A DNA stretch of 64,000 nucleotides. Source: Chrysomallon squamiferum. Its lineage: Eukaryota; Animalia; Mollusca. Each line of letters begins with the position of its first letter. The first letter of the stretch is position 1. Made by a program: the position numbers and the translations under genes. Under the pieces are notes generated by a model. That model did not search any database. It saw nothing but the letters and a program-made list of their open reading frames with translations, and was not told the origin of the DNA. Shown here in pieces: positions 43,285-55,185 of the stretch. Location: positions 30,008,001 through 30,072,000 of the forward strand of contig CM022671.1 of NCBI GenBank assembly GCA_012295275.1, written 5' to 3'.

Positions 43285-43310
43285 CTGACTGGTTATTTTC
43301 TTGTTTGCAG
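43285..43310 (+). promoter_or_regulatory. Branch point (CTGAC, A at 43288), polypyrimidine tract and 3' splice site
   Basis: A yTnAy consensus lies about 23 nt upstream of the exon start, followed by a T-rich tract and CAG. Confidence 0.7.
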
Positions 43311-43772
43311 TCAGTGTATAACTACGCCAAAGTCGCTTGCAAGTGCCACGGAGTGTCGGGGTCGTGCAGCCTCAAAACCTGCTGGCAACAGCTTCCTTCG
43401 TTCAGAGAGGTGGGCAACCGCCTCAAAGACCGCTACGACGCCGCCACCGAGGTTCGCTTCAACAGGCGGGGCACGAAGCTGGTTCGGAAGAACAAGAAAT
43501 ACAACAAGGCGTCCAAGGAGGACATGATTTATTTGGACCAGTCGCCGGACTATTGCGAGGCGAACCCCGAAACAGGATCGGTGGGGACGCTCGGCAGAGA
43601 GTGTAATAGAAACTCGCAGGGCATGGATGGGTGTACGTTGATGTGTTGTGGACGTGGCTATAACACGTTCAAGAGAAAACTCGTAGAACGATGTAATTGT
43701 AAGTTTTACTGGTGTTGCTACGTGAGGTGCAAAACTTGTGAGCGAATTGTGGACGTTCATACGTGCAAGTAG
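43311..43772 (+). CDS. Wnt5: Wnt5 terminal coding exon (153 codons + TAG)
   Basis: [25 protein letters not shown]...SPDYC...[20 protein letters not shown]...[28 protein letters not shown]. It contains the Wnt signature [10 protein letters not shown] (lipidated Ser codon at 43356-43358) and 16 Cys. Wnt5-like motifs include [13 protein letters not shown] and WCCYV. The acceptor ttttcttgtttgcag ends at 43310. Splicing to 6249 gives in-frame EAGRR|SVYN (WNT5A: EAGRR|TVYN). Confidence 0.97.
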   Translation, partial: SVYNYAKVACKCHGVSGSCSLKTCWQQLPSFREVGNRLKDRYDAATEVRFNRRGTKLVRKNKKYNKASKEDMIYLDQSPDYCEANPETGSVGTLGRECNRNSQGMDGCTLMCCGRGYNTFKRKLVERCNCKFYWCCYVRCKTCERIVDVHTCK

Positions 43773-44419
43773 CGCGAAACAATACTTTTTTTTTTTTTGT
43801 TAATTTAAAAAAAAACAAATCAGTTAAAAAGAAAAAACAAATCAGGATTTGTAATTACATGGCGTCATACTGACGTGATAATTATTACTGTGCGTGGAAC
43901 ACGTGAGACCAGCAGCAAAATTCTTTTTTCTTCTACTTTTTTAACGAAGATTTATATATATATCAAAAAATATATATATAAAAATTAAAAATTTAATTTT
44001 AATGTTGAAACTTTATTGACAAGAAATCTTCCACTGATCAGCGAAAAACAAAACCAAAAAATAATAATAAAGAAAAGAAAAAAAACAAAACCAACAACCC
44101 AACAAAACAAGAAATTAACAAAAAGAAGGAAATTGTGGAAATTATTCTCGCAGTCGACATTGCACGAGAGAACAGATTAAGGCGCACGAGACCGTGGCAC
44201 GGATGAGGTGTCTCGCGATAACAATCAGTGATGGGATTTTGAAGATTTAATTTAACACAGGCTCTGTAAAAACGTCAACGCTTAGATGTTACGTTCGACA
44301 AACAATGGTGTCCATTCATTCAGTCAGCTGTGAGCTTCGCCGTGATGGTTTTAGTGTCTGGATATCTTGACGTAGCTGTGCTTTAAACCTGCAGAATAAT
44401 GACAGTTATTACTCTGGCA

Positions 44420-44475
44420 ACGTTCTGTGTCGTACATCCAGGTCTAACTGATTTTCAAGGAGTATTTTTTTTTTT

Positions 44476-44509
<34 letters not shown>

Positions 44510-45460
44510 TTTGATGGGGTATGGAGAATAGAGCAAAACAGCATATGCGCATCTAGATCTATAACTAATTGATTTTCAAAGGAAGTTTTTGACGGTGAGG
44601 TTTCGAGCATAAGAAAATATGTGATTTTCGTCACGTTCTGTGTAGCACATCTGTATCCGTAGGCAAATGATTTACAAGGGATATTTTTCGGGTTGGATGA
44701 AGAGGGTAAAAAATAATAATATATATATATATTACTTTGAATAGATGATGTATCATATATCCAAAGGTAACTGATGATTTAAGGAGATTTTGTGGATTTG
44801 GGGTTTACAGGAAAATGCATGCGACATTTATCATGTCCTCTGTATGTGACCTCAAGGTCCACAGCTAATTGTTTTTAAAGGAATTTTGTTTCTCGGGTGG
44901 GATGGATACGAAAAACACCATCTATCACTATTAAAGGATTCTGTATATACGTTTAGGTCCATAACTCGTAGATTTGTAGTTAGTTCGGGGAAAGACAGGA
45001 TGTGTATTCATTCTATTGATGTTATATATATCCAAAATCCTAACAAACTCTGTTTCTACGTGATTTTCAGGGGCGATTACATTTGGAACGTAGTAAATAT
45101 CACTTTGAGAATAAAACTATCTGTATGTTTAGGTCCCTAATAAATTGATATTCGGGAGATTATGGGGTTGGGATGGGAAGAGATAAGTTGATAGCCAACT
45201 GATTTACAGTTTGATTTTTACACGGATGTTTTTTTGTAAAGAAGTATACATAATTTTCACCCGTCTTTGTGTTATACAACTAGGTCCGTAGTTGATTGTC
45301 TAAATATTATTTTCACAAAATCTGTGTTGCAAAAAAATTATTTTAAAAACAAAATATTTCTGTTTTTCTTATGGGATGGAATTGGAAACCTGCAGATATT
45401 TCTGTGACTAGGTGCAAAGCTAACTTACTTTCAAAGACATTTTGGTGTTAGGTGGGCTGG
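44420..45460. repeat. Highly decayed ~100-bp tandem array in the putative Wnt5 3' UTR
   Basis: A TAAYTGATTTTCAAGG-like core occurs at 44445, 44566, 44664, 44768 and 44866. AGGTCC occurs at 44855, 44955, 45131 and 45282. The core is usually followed by a T-run and GGGT(T/G)GGATG. Confidence 0.7.
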
Positions 45461-45674
45461 TCTTTTACAAACGGTATGTGGGCATTTCTCTATATGTGTT
45501 AGCTGTGACAGCTGTTTTTTATTATTAGATAAGATATCACAAATGACATATCTTCTTAATTTATATTTAAATTTATGGCTTTTGATTTTCTTAAATTTTA
45601 TTTTTAATACTGATGATTACTCCTAGATTCTGTGTCATAATAATTTGGTGAAGCAGCACTATAAAACATAAAAC

Positions 45675-45764
<90 letters not shown>

Positions 45765-45811
45765 GTAATAATAATAATAATAACAAATGTAGTAGTAATA
45801 ATAATAATAAT
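45675..45811. repeat. Long (TAA)n microsatellite in the putative 3' UTR
   Basis: Read directly from the sequence. Confidence 0.97.
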
Positions 45812-46608
45812 GGAGAAATAAGCGATGGAATACCTTCTACATTATTACGTGTTTTTATTTTTATTTCCATTTTACAATAATAATATTAAGCTATATATAT
45901 TTTTATTTGTTACATAAGATATGAAATTTAAAAGATTCTACAATTTTTTCTTTTCAATCTTTTCTTTTTTTCACACGTTTTACTACTGGCTAGCTAATTT
46001 TAAACTTTTTATCATTAGCATGCAATTATTATTTTTAAACGGGTAATGATTAGGTTGTACAAACATCACAATGTCCTGTTTTTCTTCTTTGTTTTGCTAT
46101 ATATTATTTTTGCCTTTTACGAGATATTACAAAACACTGTGTTCACAAATCGACTTCAATCAAACAATGACCAGTCGGTTTATTCTGTCATGTATGTAAG
46201 CATTCTACACTCTGATAACAAACCACATAACTTCTCAAAGTAATTGCACATGTCTAGGCAAGTACATGCAAAGAAAGCTCTTGTCTTTAATTTGACAAGG
46301 GATCAAGTAAAAATAAAATAAAAACAAATTAAATACTATAAACATCAGTATTATGTCTCCAGAAGGACTGATATTCCAAATACGAGAAGTTGTCATTTAA
46401 AATCGTTTTAGAATTTGTTTTATTTTTTAATTTTATTATTTTGTTTTATGTTATTTTATTTTTATATATTCTTTTTCCATCTTTTCTTCTGATAACAATT
46501 ATTATAAATTTTTTCCCATTTTCTTTAAGGACTTAACAGTCTCCTATCCTTAAATATTACACAGAAGAAAATGTTTGTTATAAATATTTATGGCATTTAG
46601 TAAAACAG

Positions 46609-46646
<38 letters not shown>

Positions 46647-47641
46647 AATGCTGGAAGGAAAGGAGATCTATAAATATAATCTATGAATGAGATTTTTACT
46701 ATATATATTCTTCGCATATTTTCTTTAAAGTAGCGGAATTGACCGATCAAAACGGTGGACGTCATATTACGACATAGATTTAAATAATTGTTGTTGAGAG
46801 CATTTTGAGTAACAAGACATTCTAGGACACACGCCACAATATAGAGAATATTGTTATCAAATGAAATAAATTTATATTTTGTATTTTACGGGAACCTTTA
46901 TGTGAAATCAGGGAATATTCTTACGAGTACTTCCGAATGTTTCCGAATACCTTCGGAAATATAAGCGAAGGTTTCCGAATGAAACCAACGAGAATGTTAA
47001 TGTATTTTGTATGTCGGAGGCTTCATGTATTTTGTGTTGTATTCTAAATAGCTAATAGAAATACTTTTTATAGATTTGTTTTCTGATTATAAACGATTGT
47101 AAATATTTGTAGCATTTTAAGAATTTTTATGGATATTTATTTATTTTGTGATACATTGTCAGTTGATATTGTTAAGAAGAAAGTGACGTCATAAGTGTTT
47201 TACGTCACTGAAACTGCACAGCATTTACTTTTCAACAGTCTGTTAGGTCTATTTAAAGGCGTGTTTCTGGTGGTATGAAGATGTAATCTAAATTCAGTTT
47301 GTATCCTCTCAACAGACAGTTTCATTTATTTCCTAATATTAAAGAATAATATGAAAACAACCTAATCTGGTTTATTTATGACGTCACGACAGTTATTGAA
47401 ATCTTTAAATATATTTAAAATTAAAAATAAATATATAAATAAATAACAATATCAACGCAATCGACTGCTAAGGCTGTATTTTCACACCACCAAGGGTACA
47501 TTTTAACACATTTACGCAATAAAACTGAATATTTCAGATTTTACCGTGGTAATCAATACGATATTTTACAAGTCTTTCGTCTAAGGAACTCAAAATATTA
47601 TCTCTAATATCTATTTCTTAAATTTTCAATTTTTTATTTTA

Positions 47642-47673
<32 letters not shown>

Positions 47674-48396
47674 TTAATTTTATTTTTTACCTCCTCTCTT
47701 CTTCTTATTGTTGTTATATGTTTTGTACATAAACGCGATACTATTTAAACATTCATATTCATAGTGTATTATTCTTCATCTTATTCATTCATGTACCTGT
47801 ATTTGTTAGAGTATGTTTTGTTTTTTGTTATCAGCGGTCACCACAGTACAGAAAGGAAAGCAAATGGTTACGATATAGTTTATCTTTTGTGTTCAAAATA
47901 TCAAATATCTGAATATTTATATCTTTTGCGTTTCAGTATACATGGCATTTAGACGTCTCAGTTTACATTTAATTAAGAATTTCAGTATACCTATTTTTCA
48001 GAATTTTCAGTAAATCTTTTGTTTATATATTTCAAGATAATTTAATTTAGAATTTTCAGTACTCTTGAAATTCTGAAATTTGTTTATACCTGTAATTTGA
48101 AAATAGCTGCAGTTTAGAAACATTTAAATATTTCAGTTCAGAAAATCTTAAATTTTATTTATTTATTTATTTATTTATTTTAACTTCTTATTTTTGGCAT
48201 ATCTTTAATTAAGACTTTCAACATTTCGTTATTTACGAGTGATGTTTATTTCAGTGTTATTGAAAAGTCACAAAACGTTAAACCTTTGTTAATCTGTTAC
48301 AAGAAAAAATGTAACTTAGGAAAATAACGATGATATGATGATATTGGTGATGAAGTAGGAAAGAAAATAAGCACCAATTTGTGCTTGTTTTGTTTA

Positions 48397-48448
<52 letters not shown>

Positions 48449-48796
48449 TAATTTGAAATACAAAACTTTAAGGGTAAATTATAAAATTAGAAAACAAATT
48501 GTTTGTTTCTGAAAAGCAAAAGATAAAAAGAAACTAATTTTCATTAAACTGTTTACTCTTCACTTTAAGATTTATTCCCGGCTAGAATATATTTTTATTT
48601 TTTTTAAATTAGCGAAATACGACATATTTCACGTAACTGTTTTAGTTATATAATCTGTTTTATCTGGTCCGCCTAGCCTGTTTTTACAAATGTTTTTTTT
48701 TGTTTGTTTGTTTCTCTGATTTCTACAATTTTAAGAAATAGTTAACCGGGGTGGATAGGAAAACTAATATCTGGAAAATAATAGATTTCTAAAACT

Positions 48797-48923
<127 letters not shown>

Positions 48924-49529
48924 GTGGTTTATTATTATTTTTTTTTTTTTATAGTTATCACTTATTTTAGTTTTTTGATAAAGTATATTTATTAATTTAA
49001 TTACTTATTTATTTATTATTTATTTATTTATTTGCTAATTTCCTTATATATTTTGCCCATCTCTCTTCTTTATTTAATTATTTTTTTATATTTTGTTATT
49101 TTATCTATATAAATTTTTCTCAGAAATGGACACCACTTAGCAAGTCTCTGCACACTCACGTAATTTAGAATATAAATCATAATACAAATTATAAATAAAT
49201 CACTTTTAATTTCATAAAGTCTTTTTCACAAGCTTTTTAGAATTTTTTCTTAGTATCTTTGTCCGTTCGTCTGTAGCGAAAGTTTTCATGCGTACGTCTG
49301 TGCATGCACCCCTTTTGTTATTTACTTGATGTAAATAATGTTTTTATTATTTTTATCAGATACATACTTCACCTTTCGATAGGCTTGGTTTATGAAGAAG
49401 ACGTTTTTAAAACCAGAAAAATAAAATCATTTGTTATTTTGAATTTTTATTTAGACTGCGTTGTTGTGAACTTGTGATTTTGTTAAAATTTGTGTTGAAT
49501 ATTTCTGTCAACAGTTTGTTACATATGTG

Positions 49530-49615
49530 ATGTACATGTAAATGATATTTTAGCAAATGCATTAAAAAGATGTAATACTATTCTGTGGTACACTTTTCGT
49601 CTTGTTTTTTTAATT
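49530..49615 (+). terminator. Candidate cleavage/polyadenylation signal
   Basis: tgtacatgtaaat (TGTA x2, CFIm-type), then ATTAAA at 49561-49566, then ctgtggtacacttttcgtcttgtttttt as a downstream element. Confidence 0.45.
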
Positions 49616-49665
49616 TTTATTTATTTGTATTTTAAAGAAATGCTTTGATAAAACACGAATGTATG

Positions 49666-49741
<76 letters not shown>

Positions 49742-49807
49742 ACTTTGAAATTAGTCACATTGAAGTCACAATATCGAAGAAAGTGGATGATTAAATACTC
49801 ATTCATA

Positions 49808-49845
<38 letters not shown>

Positions 49846-50340
49846 TACACACACACACACGCACACACATACCTTAGGGCAATCGATTGTGCAGGTGCAA
49901 CAACAACCAAAAAACTCTAACTTTTATATATATAGATATAAAACTTATACATTATCTATCAAATTGTGACACGTCGCTGAAGGCTAGATATTCAAATTAA
50001 GAATGTATTTTTAACACAGACATTACTTACTAACCTTTGATGAAGGACACGTATTTATAAAGTATTATGCATTTATCAATGTAACAAACGAAAGAAAAAA
50101 CCACATCAAAAATAACTCTGATGAAACGACGGCGACAACGATGTTAGTAATAAGAAGAGAAGAAGAAGAACAACAACAACAGTTTCTACTAAGCTTCAAA
50201 AATGATTTCTGAAGCTGATTTTTTTTTTTTTTAGTGTAAAATGAATGTAAAATGAATGTACGAATTACAAATGAGTGAATTTATGAAATATCAGACGGAC
50301 GAATGTTAATGTTTATTTATTATTATTAATAGTAGTATTT

Positions 50341-50432
50341 GCAGTAGTAGCCAAATAGTCGTAGCAATAACAGGAGTTACAGCAGTAGTAGCCAAATAGT
50401 CGTAGCAATAACAGGAGTTACAGCAGTAGTAG
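50341..50432. repeat. Perfect 41-bp tandem duplication (2.2 copies)
   Basis: gcagtagtagccaaatagtcgtagcaataacaggagttaca at 50341 and 50382, plus a partial third copy. Confidence 0.95.
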
Positions 50433-50554
50433 AAATAGTACTATCTGTTTTTTATTACAAATACTTTACTATTACACCTACTGTTAGCGCTGCTGCTACT
50501 ATTGCTATTGTTGTTGTTATTAAAAAAAATTTTTTGAATAACAAAATTTAAAAT

Positions 50555-50880
50555 TTCATCACACCAGTCATTAATGGCGTGAACTGGAAAGGAAAATCAA
50601 GAAGGATAGATCGTGCCCATGTCTTTTCAGACGAGAGCTGAATACATTAACGATTATATCACAGCAATTATATACGTTTTATATTTCACATCATAATAGA
50701 CCCTGGGAAGAAACAGCTGCTACCTATTCACTGGATTAGCTAAATATCATTTTATATACACTTTTGGTTTTACATAAGTATGAAAATGCACGTCAGACCC
50801 TTTGTGTAGGTCCGCTTTAATTTTTTGACACACTTGCTGAACGGGAAAAAATCGCAACAGGCCAGAAAAGAAGGATTAAT
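50555..50880 (-). mobile_element. Highly decayed SINE fragments (same family, probably two pieces)
   Basis: gaagaaacagctgctac...gattagctaaatatcattttatatacac is similar to 19540-19612. acaccagtc...ctggaaaggaaaa...gaaggatagat is similar to 1234-1280. Confidence 0.4.
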
Positions 50881-51115
50881 CATGCAGCGAGGGTTTTACG
50901 TTTATTTTAGGATAAACATGCTACAGTTTATAGCTTGACATCTTGAAAGGGCCTCTGTTGTTACAAAGCCTTATTCTCCATTAACATTTTTAAAAACTGG
51001 TATATTAGACATGTTTCAGTTTGGTCCTGCGACCGACCCAAAACATTTCGTAATAAACCACTTCTACCATCACCATCGTTATCGTTATCATCATCATAAT
51101 CATCATCATTAATAC

Positions 51116-51147
<32 letters not shown>

Positions 51148-53593
51148 GCTATCAATAATGAAACAAAAAATATATATATAAATAAATAAATAAATAAATA
51201 AAATAAATAAAAAAATAAAAAAATAAAAAAAAAAAAAAAAAAAAAAAAATAAAAAAAAAAAAAAAAATAAAATAAAATAATATAAAATAAAATAAAATGA
51301 AATAAAATAAAATAAAATAAAATAAAATAAAATGAACGAACGAACGAACGAACGAACGAACGAACGAAAATTAAACTCTTGCCAAACAGAAAGCCAAACA
51401 GAAATAAATCACATTTAAAAAAAAAAAATCACAAACACACACCTCCTCACAGCTCTGATTAATTCGAACCGGCCCCTCGGTCTCGTCTGGATGCAGCAAC
51501 TTGTCAGTTTCTTAAAAATGATATTTTGACACGTGTCAAGTTTGCGGCGGTATCGACACCAGCGGGACGAGTGACTCATCTAGACTGTATCCTGTCAACG
51601 AGGCCGTTAATGATAAAAACACTTTACCTGCGTTAATCAGAGAGGCGCATTAAATGCGTTAATCAGATGTCTGGAAAAGTACGTTCAGACCAGACTGCGC
51701 AGAGCTCTGGTGAAAAGGCTAGTGTGTATCCAGTACCCACCACTAAGAAAATAAAGTTCATGCTTATTTTTTTTTCTGTATTACTTAGGCCTGTCTATTT
51801 ATTTATTTATGAAATAAAGATTGAGGGTGCTTTTCTTATTAAAATGAATGAATGGATGTTAACGACACCTGAGTGCGTTTTAATAGTCCGAGAGTGATGT
51901 TATGTTTTGTATGTAAGAAGGATATTACCATTTTATTTAAATGGTTGGTACGATTAGAATAAACTGAATCACGTTTCATTTCATTTATTTTCTTTTTAAT
52001 AATAATAATAATAATAAAGAAGAAGAAGAAGAAGAAGAAGAAGAAGAAAAAGAAGAAGAAGAAGAAGAAAAAAAAGATTGAGAAGGAGAAGGAGGAGAAG
52101 GATATGTTGTAGCCGTTTTGCTTTTCTGTTTGTTCTTTTTTTTGTGTGTGAGTGTGTGTGTATGTGTGTCTGTGTACGTGCGCGCGCGCGCCCGTTTGGT
52201 TAAATGTATGTGCGTATGTATATCTGATATATATGGAAATTCACCTGATGGAACTGAAACGTATAATCAAACCGAAATTCGGCGTCGCTTGTCGAAATAT
52301 GTTTTATGACGTCATAATGGTTATGACGTTTAATTAACATCAGAGTTTTACTACAGTTTAAAGAAACAACTTTTTAGATATCTATCAGAAATATTAAAGG
52401 TAAGTGGATTTTTGTTTTTATAATACAATATGACAACAATATCCGTTACAACCAGAGCGCCTGTTTGAAGCATATGCAGTACAGTTTTCAAAAAAAAAAA
52501 AAAAAAAAAAAACAAACTGAGGCAGAGAGAAACAGAGAACGCGAAAGAGAATTTTCAATTTGATACTGTAGATACGTAATGCATTAGGAGTAAATACTTA
52601 TCGTATAGATAACAAAATATAAAATGAAATAAAAGAAAAGAAAGAAAGAAGAAGAAGAAGACGAATGCATTAAAATTAATTTGATTTTCTTTCTATTTTC
52701 AAAATAAAAAAAAATATATATATGGAAAGTGAATTATATACAATGAAGTCTGCTCAGTGTTTATGGTTATATTAAATAAATTTTGTGTGAATGCACCTTA
52801 ACGAAAAAGTTTACTCAGTGGCATTTAAATTGCAATAAAATAACTATTTTTAAATTAAAATCCGATTTCACTAAATGTGTCCCTGTCTTTTTATCTGCCC
52901 TGGTTTCGGGTTTTTTGATTATTTTCGGAATAACTCGACGCTTTTATCGATAGCCCCATACCTCGTCGTAATCAACAAACTTTATTTTTGACAACATCTT
53001 TCCTTGAATTGGTCTAATTTACCTTCTTCTGTCGGCTGCAGCCTTGTATAAATGCCCGGATGAACTGATACACGAGTGTCATTTTATAACTGCTGCACCG
53101 GAGAATTTCATTGGTGGTCCTAACGGCGTAACTTGGTAACAGCGCGGTGCCTTTTATCCAGTACCTCCCACGTTCTGGCTTTAGTTGTGGGTTTTTTTAA
53201 ACCAAATGCGCACGCAAACCGCATGGTTTCACATGTGCGTAACTTTGAGCGTTTGTTGCAGAGAGGGGATTATCAGCTGCAGGTGTATTTATTGTACAGT
53301 GTACAATATGCAAACATTTCTTTGATTATAAATGACGCAAGCTATTCACAGGTGCGCTGCTAACTGAAACCTGCTGATGATCAGCAGGTGGAAATGTCTT
53401 TGAGACGTAATTTAATTTCTGAAGTGCAGAACTCGATTCCTCGCTGTAGGTCTGCTCGTTAAAAAAAAAAAAAAAAGAGATGTTTTAATAACAAAAATAC
53501 CACGAAACTGGGCGCGGAAGCGGTCATATTGGTATGAAGAATGTTCTCAGTCTTTCCATTTCTTATTTCTGTCACTCGCTCTCTCTCTGTGTT

Positions 53594-53596
<3 letters not shown>

Positions 53597-53680
<84 letters not shown>
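53597..53680. repeat. (CT)n microsatellite
   Basis: Read directly from the sequence. Confidence 0.97.
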
Positions 53681-53683
<3 letters not shown>

Positions 53684-55039
53684 GCGAATGTGGTTTTGTA
53701 TACGACTATAAAAGTATTCAGACTATATGCAAATCCAGTTCTATGTTTTTATTAAAATAAGATCAGTTTAGAACACAGACCACACATACATCAGACAACA
53801 CAGGTATTTCCTTTCTACTGTGATGTTACTAAACGTTGTTCTTCCTTCTATTCACGAAACGACAGCTGAAATTTTACTCCTGTAATAATACGTACCGCAG
53901 AATGGATTAAAAATGTTAATTATCTTACGAGGATAGTTTGTGAATTTGGCTTTGTAACTGTGGTGTTCCTATAGAATATTTGTACGAGCTTACTGATTTT
54001 TCCTTTATTTTAATTGTCAGAATTTAATTATATTCATTTTCAAATTTTTCTTTTTATTACATGCTTTCATCTGTTTTAATAGCCGTTAAAACTCGTAAGA
54101 TAGATACGGTTATTTGATATACTTTCCTATTCACAATAATAATAATAATAATAACGATAACACAACAGGTATTGCTATTACTACTATTACGACTATTCTA
54201 TCTTTCAAAAAAAGAAAAAAAGATTAAAATAAAGTTCTTTCACTTATTCAAAACATATTTCAAATTCCAAAAAAAACTTATCGACAGCAATTTTTTTTTA
54301 TTAACCCTTAAGAAAGGAAAACACTCAACGAGCATTTAATGGCGACTCTCAATTCATTCCAGCAAGACGTTTATTACTATAACGTACTCGAAGTACAAAG
54401 TACAAGTATTTAGGCAATTTTTATCACACATCATTCGAAAGAGCAGTTTTAATATGTTTGTATTATTGTGAGGCATTAGGCGGAAGGCAGTAATCAAATC
54501 CCTTTTCAGCTGGCGGAGCAGCCCCCGGGGGAAATTCCTGGCTTCCAGCGGCAAATGAGGCATTGTGACTAAGATATCGGTGGGTAATTAGAGGCGACAG
54601 GATAATTCGAAAAGAAAATAATAACGAAAAAGGCATTCAGTTGTAACAGGCTGTTTGCCGAGACGTCGTTTTAAAACAAGTGGGTCACTCTCAAAAAAAA
54701 AAAAAAAAAAATAAAAATCCATGGTCACGAAAAGGTTTTTTTGCTTGAAGGTGACATATTAGTTGAGAGTCGGAAAAAAAAAAAAAAAAAAGGTTGATGA
54801 CGACGATGGTGATGTTGATGGTGTAGTGATGAGGTTGTTGTTGTTCTTCTTTTCTATTTCTTCTTCTTCTTATATTATTATCATCATCATCGTTTGTTAC
54901 GGTGTTTATCACAATATTTCACTGTTAAGATTATCATTATCTTCATCATTATTATTATAATTGTCGTCGTCGTCGTTGTTGTTATAGTAATAACAAGAAG
55001 AGTAGCAATAATAATAGTGGTTGCGATGGAGTAGAAAAA

Positions 55040-55136
55040 GTTGCAGTAGTGGCAGCAGGAGTAGCAATAATAGTAGTAGCAATAGAAGTAGCAGTAGTTG
55101 TAGTAGTAGAAGTAGCAGTAGTACCAGTAGTAGTGT

Positions 55137-55184
<48 letters not shown>

Positions 55185-55185
55185 C
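55040..55185. repeat. Degenerate then perfect (AGT)n tract
   Basis: Read directly from the sequence. Confidence 0.93.

Noticed and set aside
43311-43760. 149-aa antisense ORF and the 89-aa +frame ORF 43337..43606
   Set aside because: These are shadows of the GC-rich Wnt5 exon. They end at or within its boundaries and resemble no known protein.
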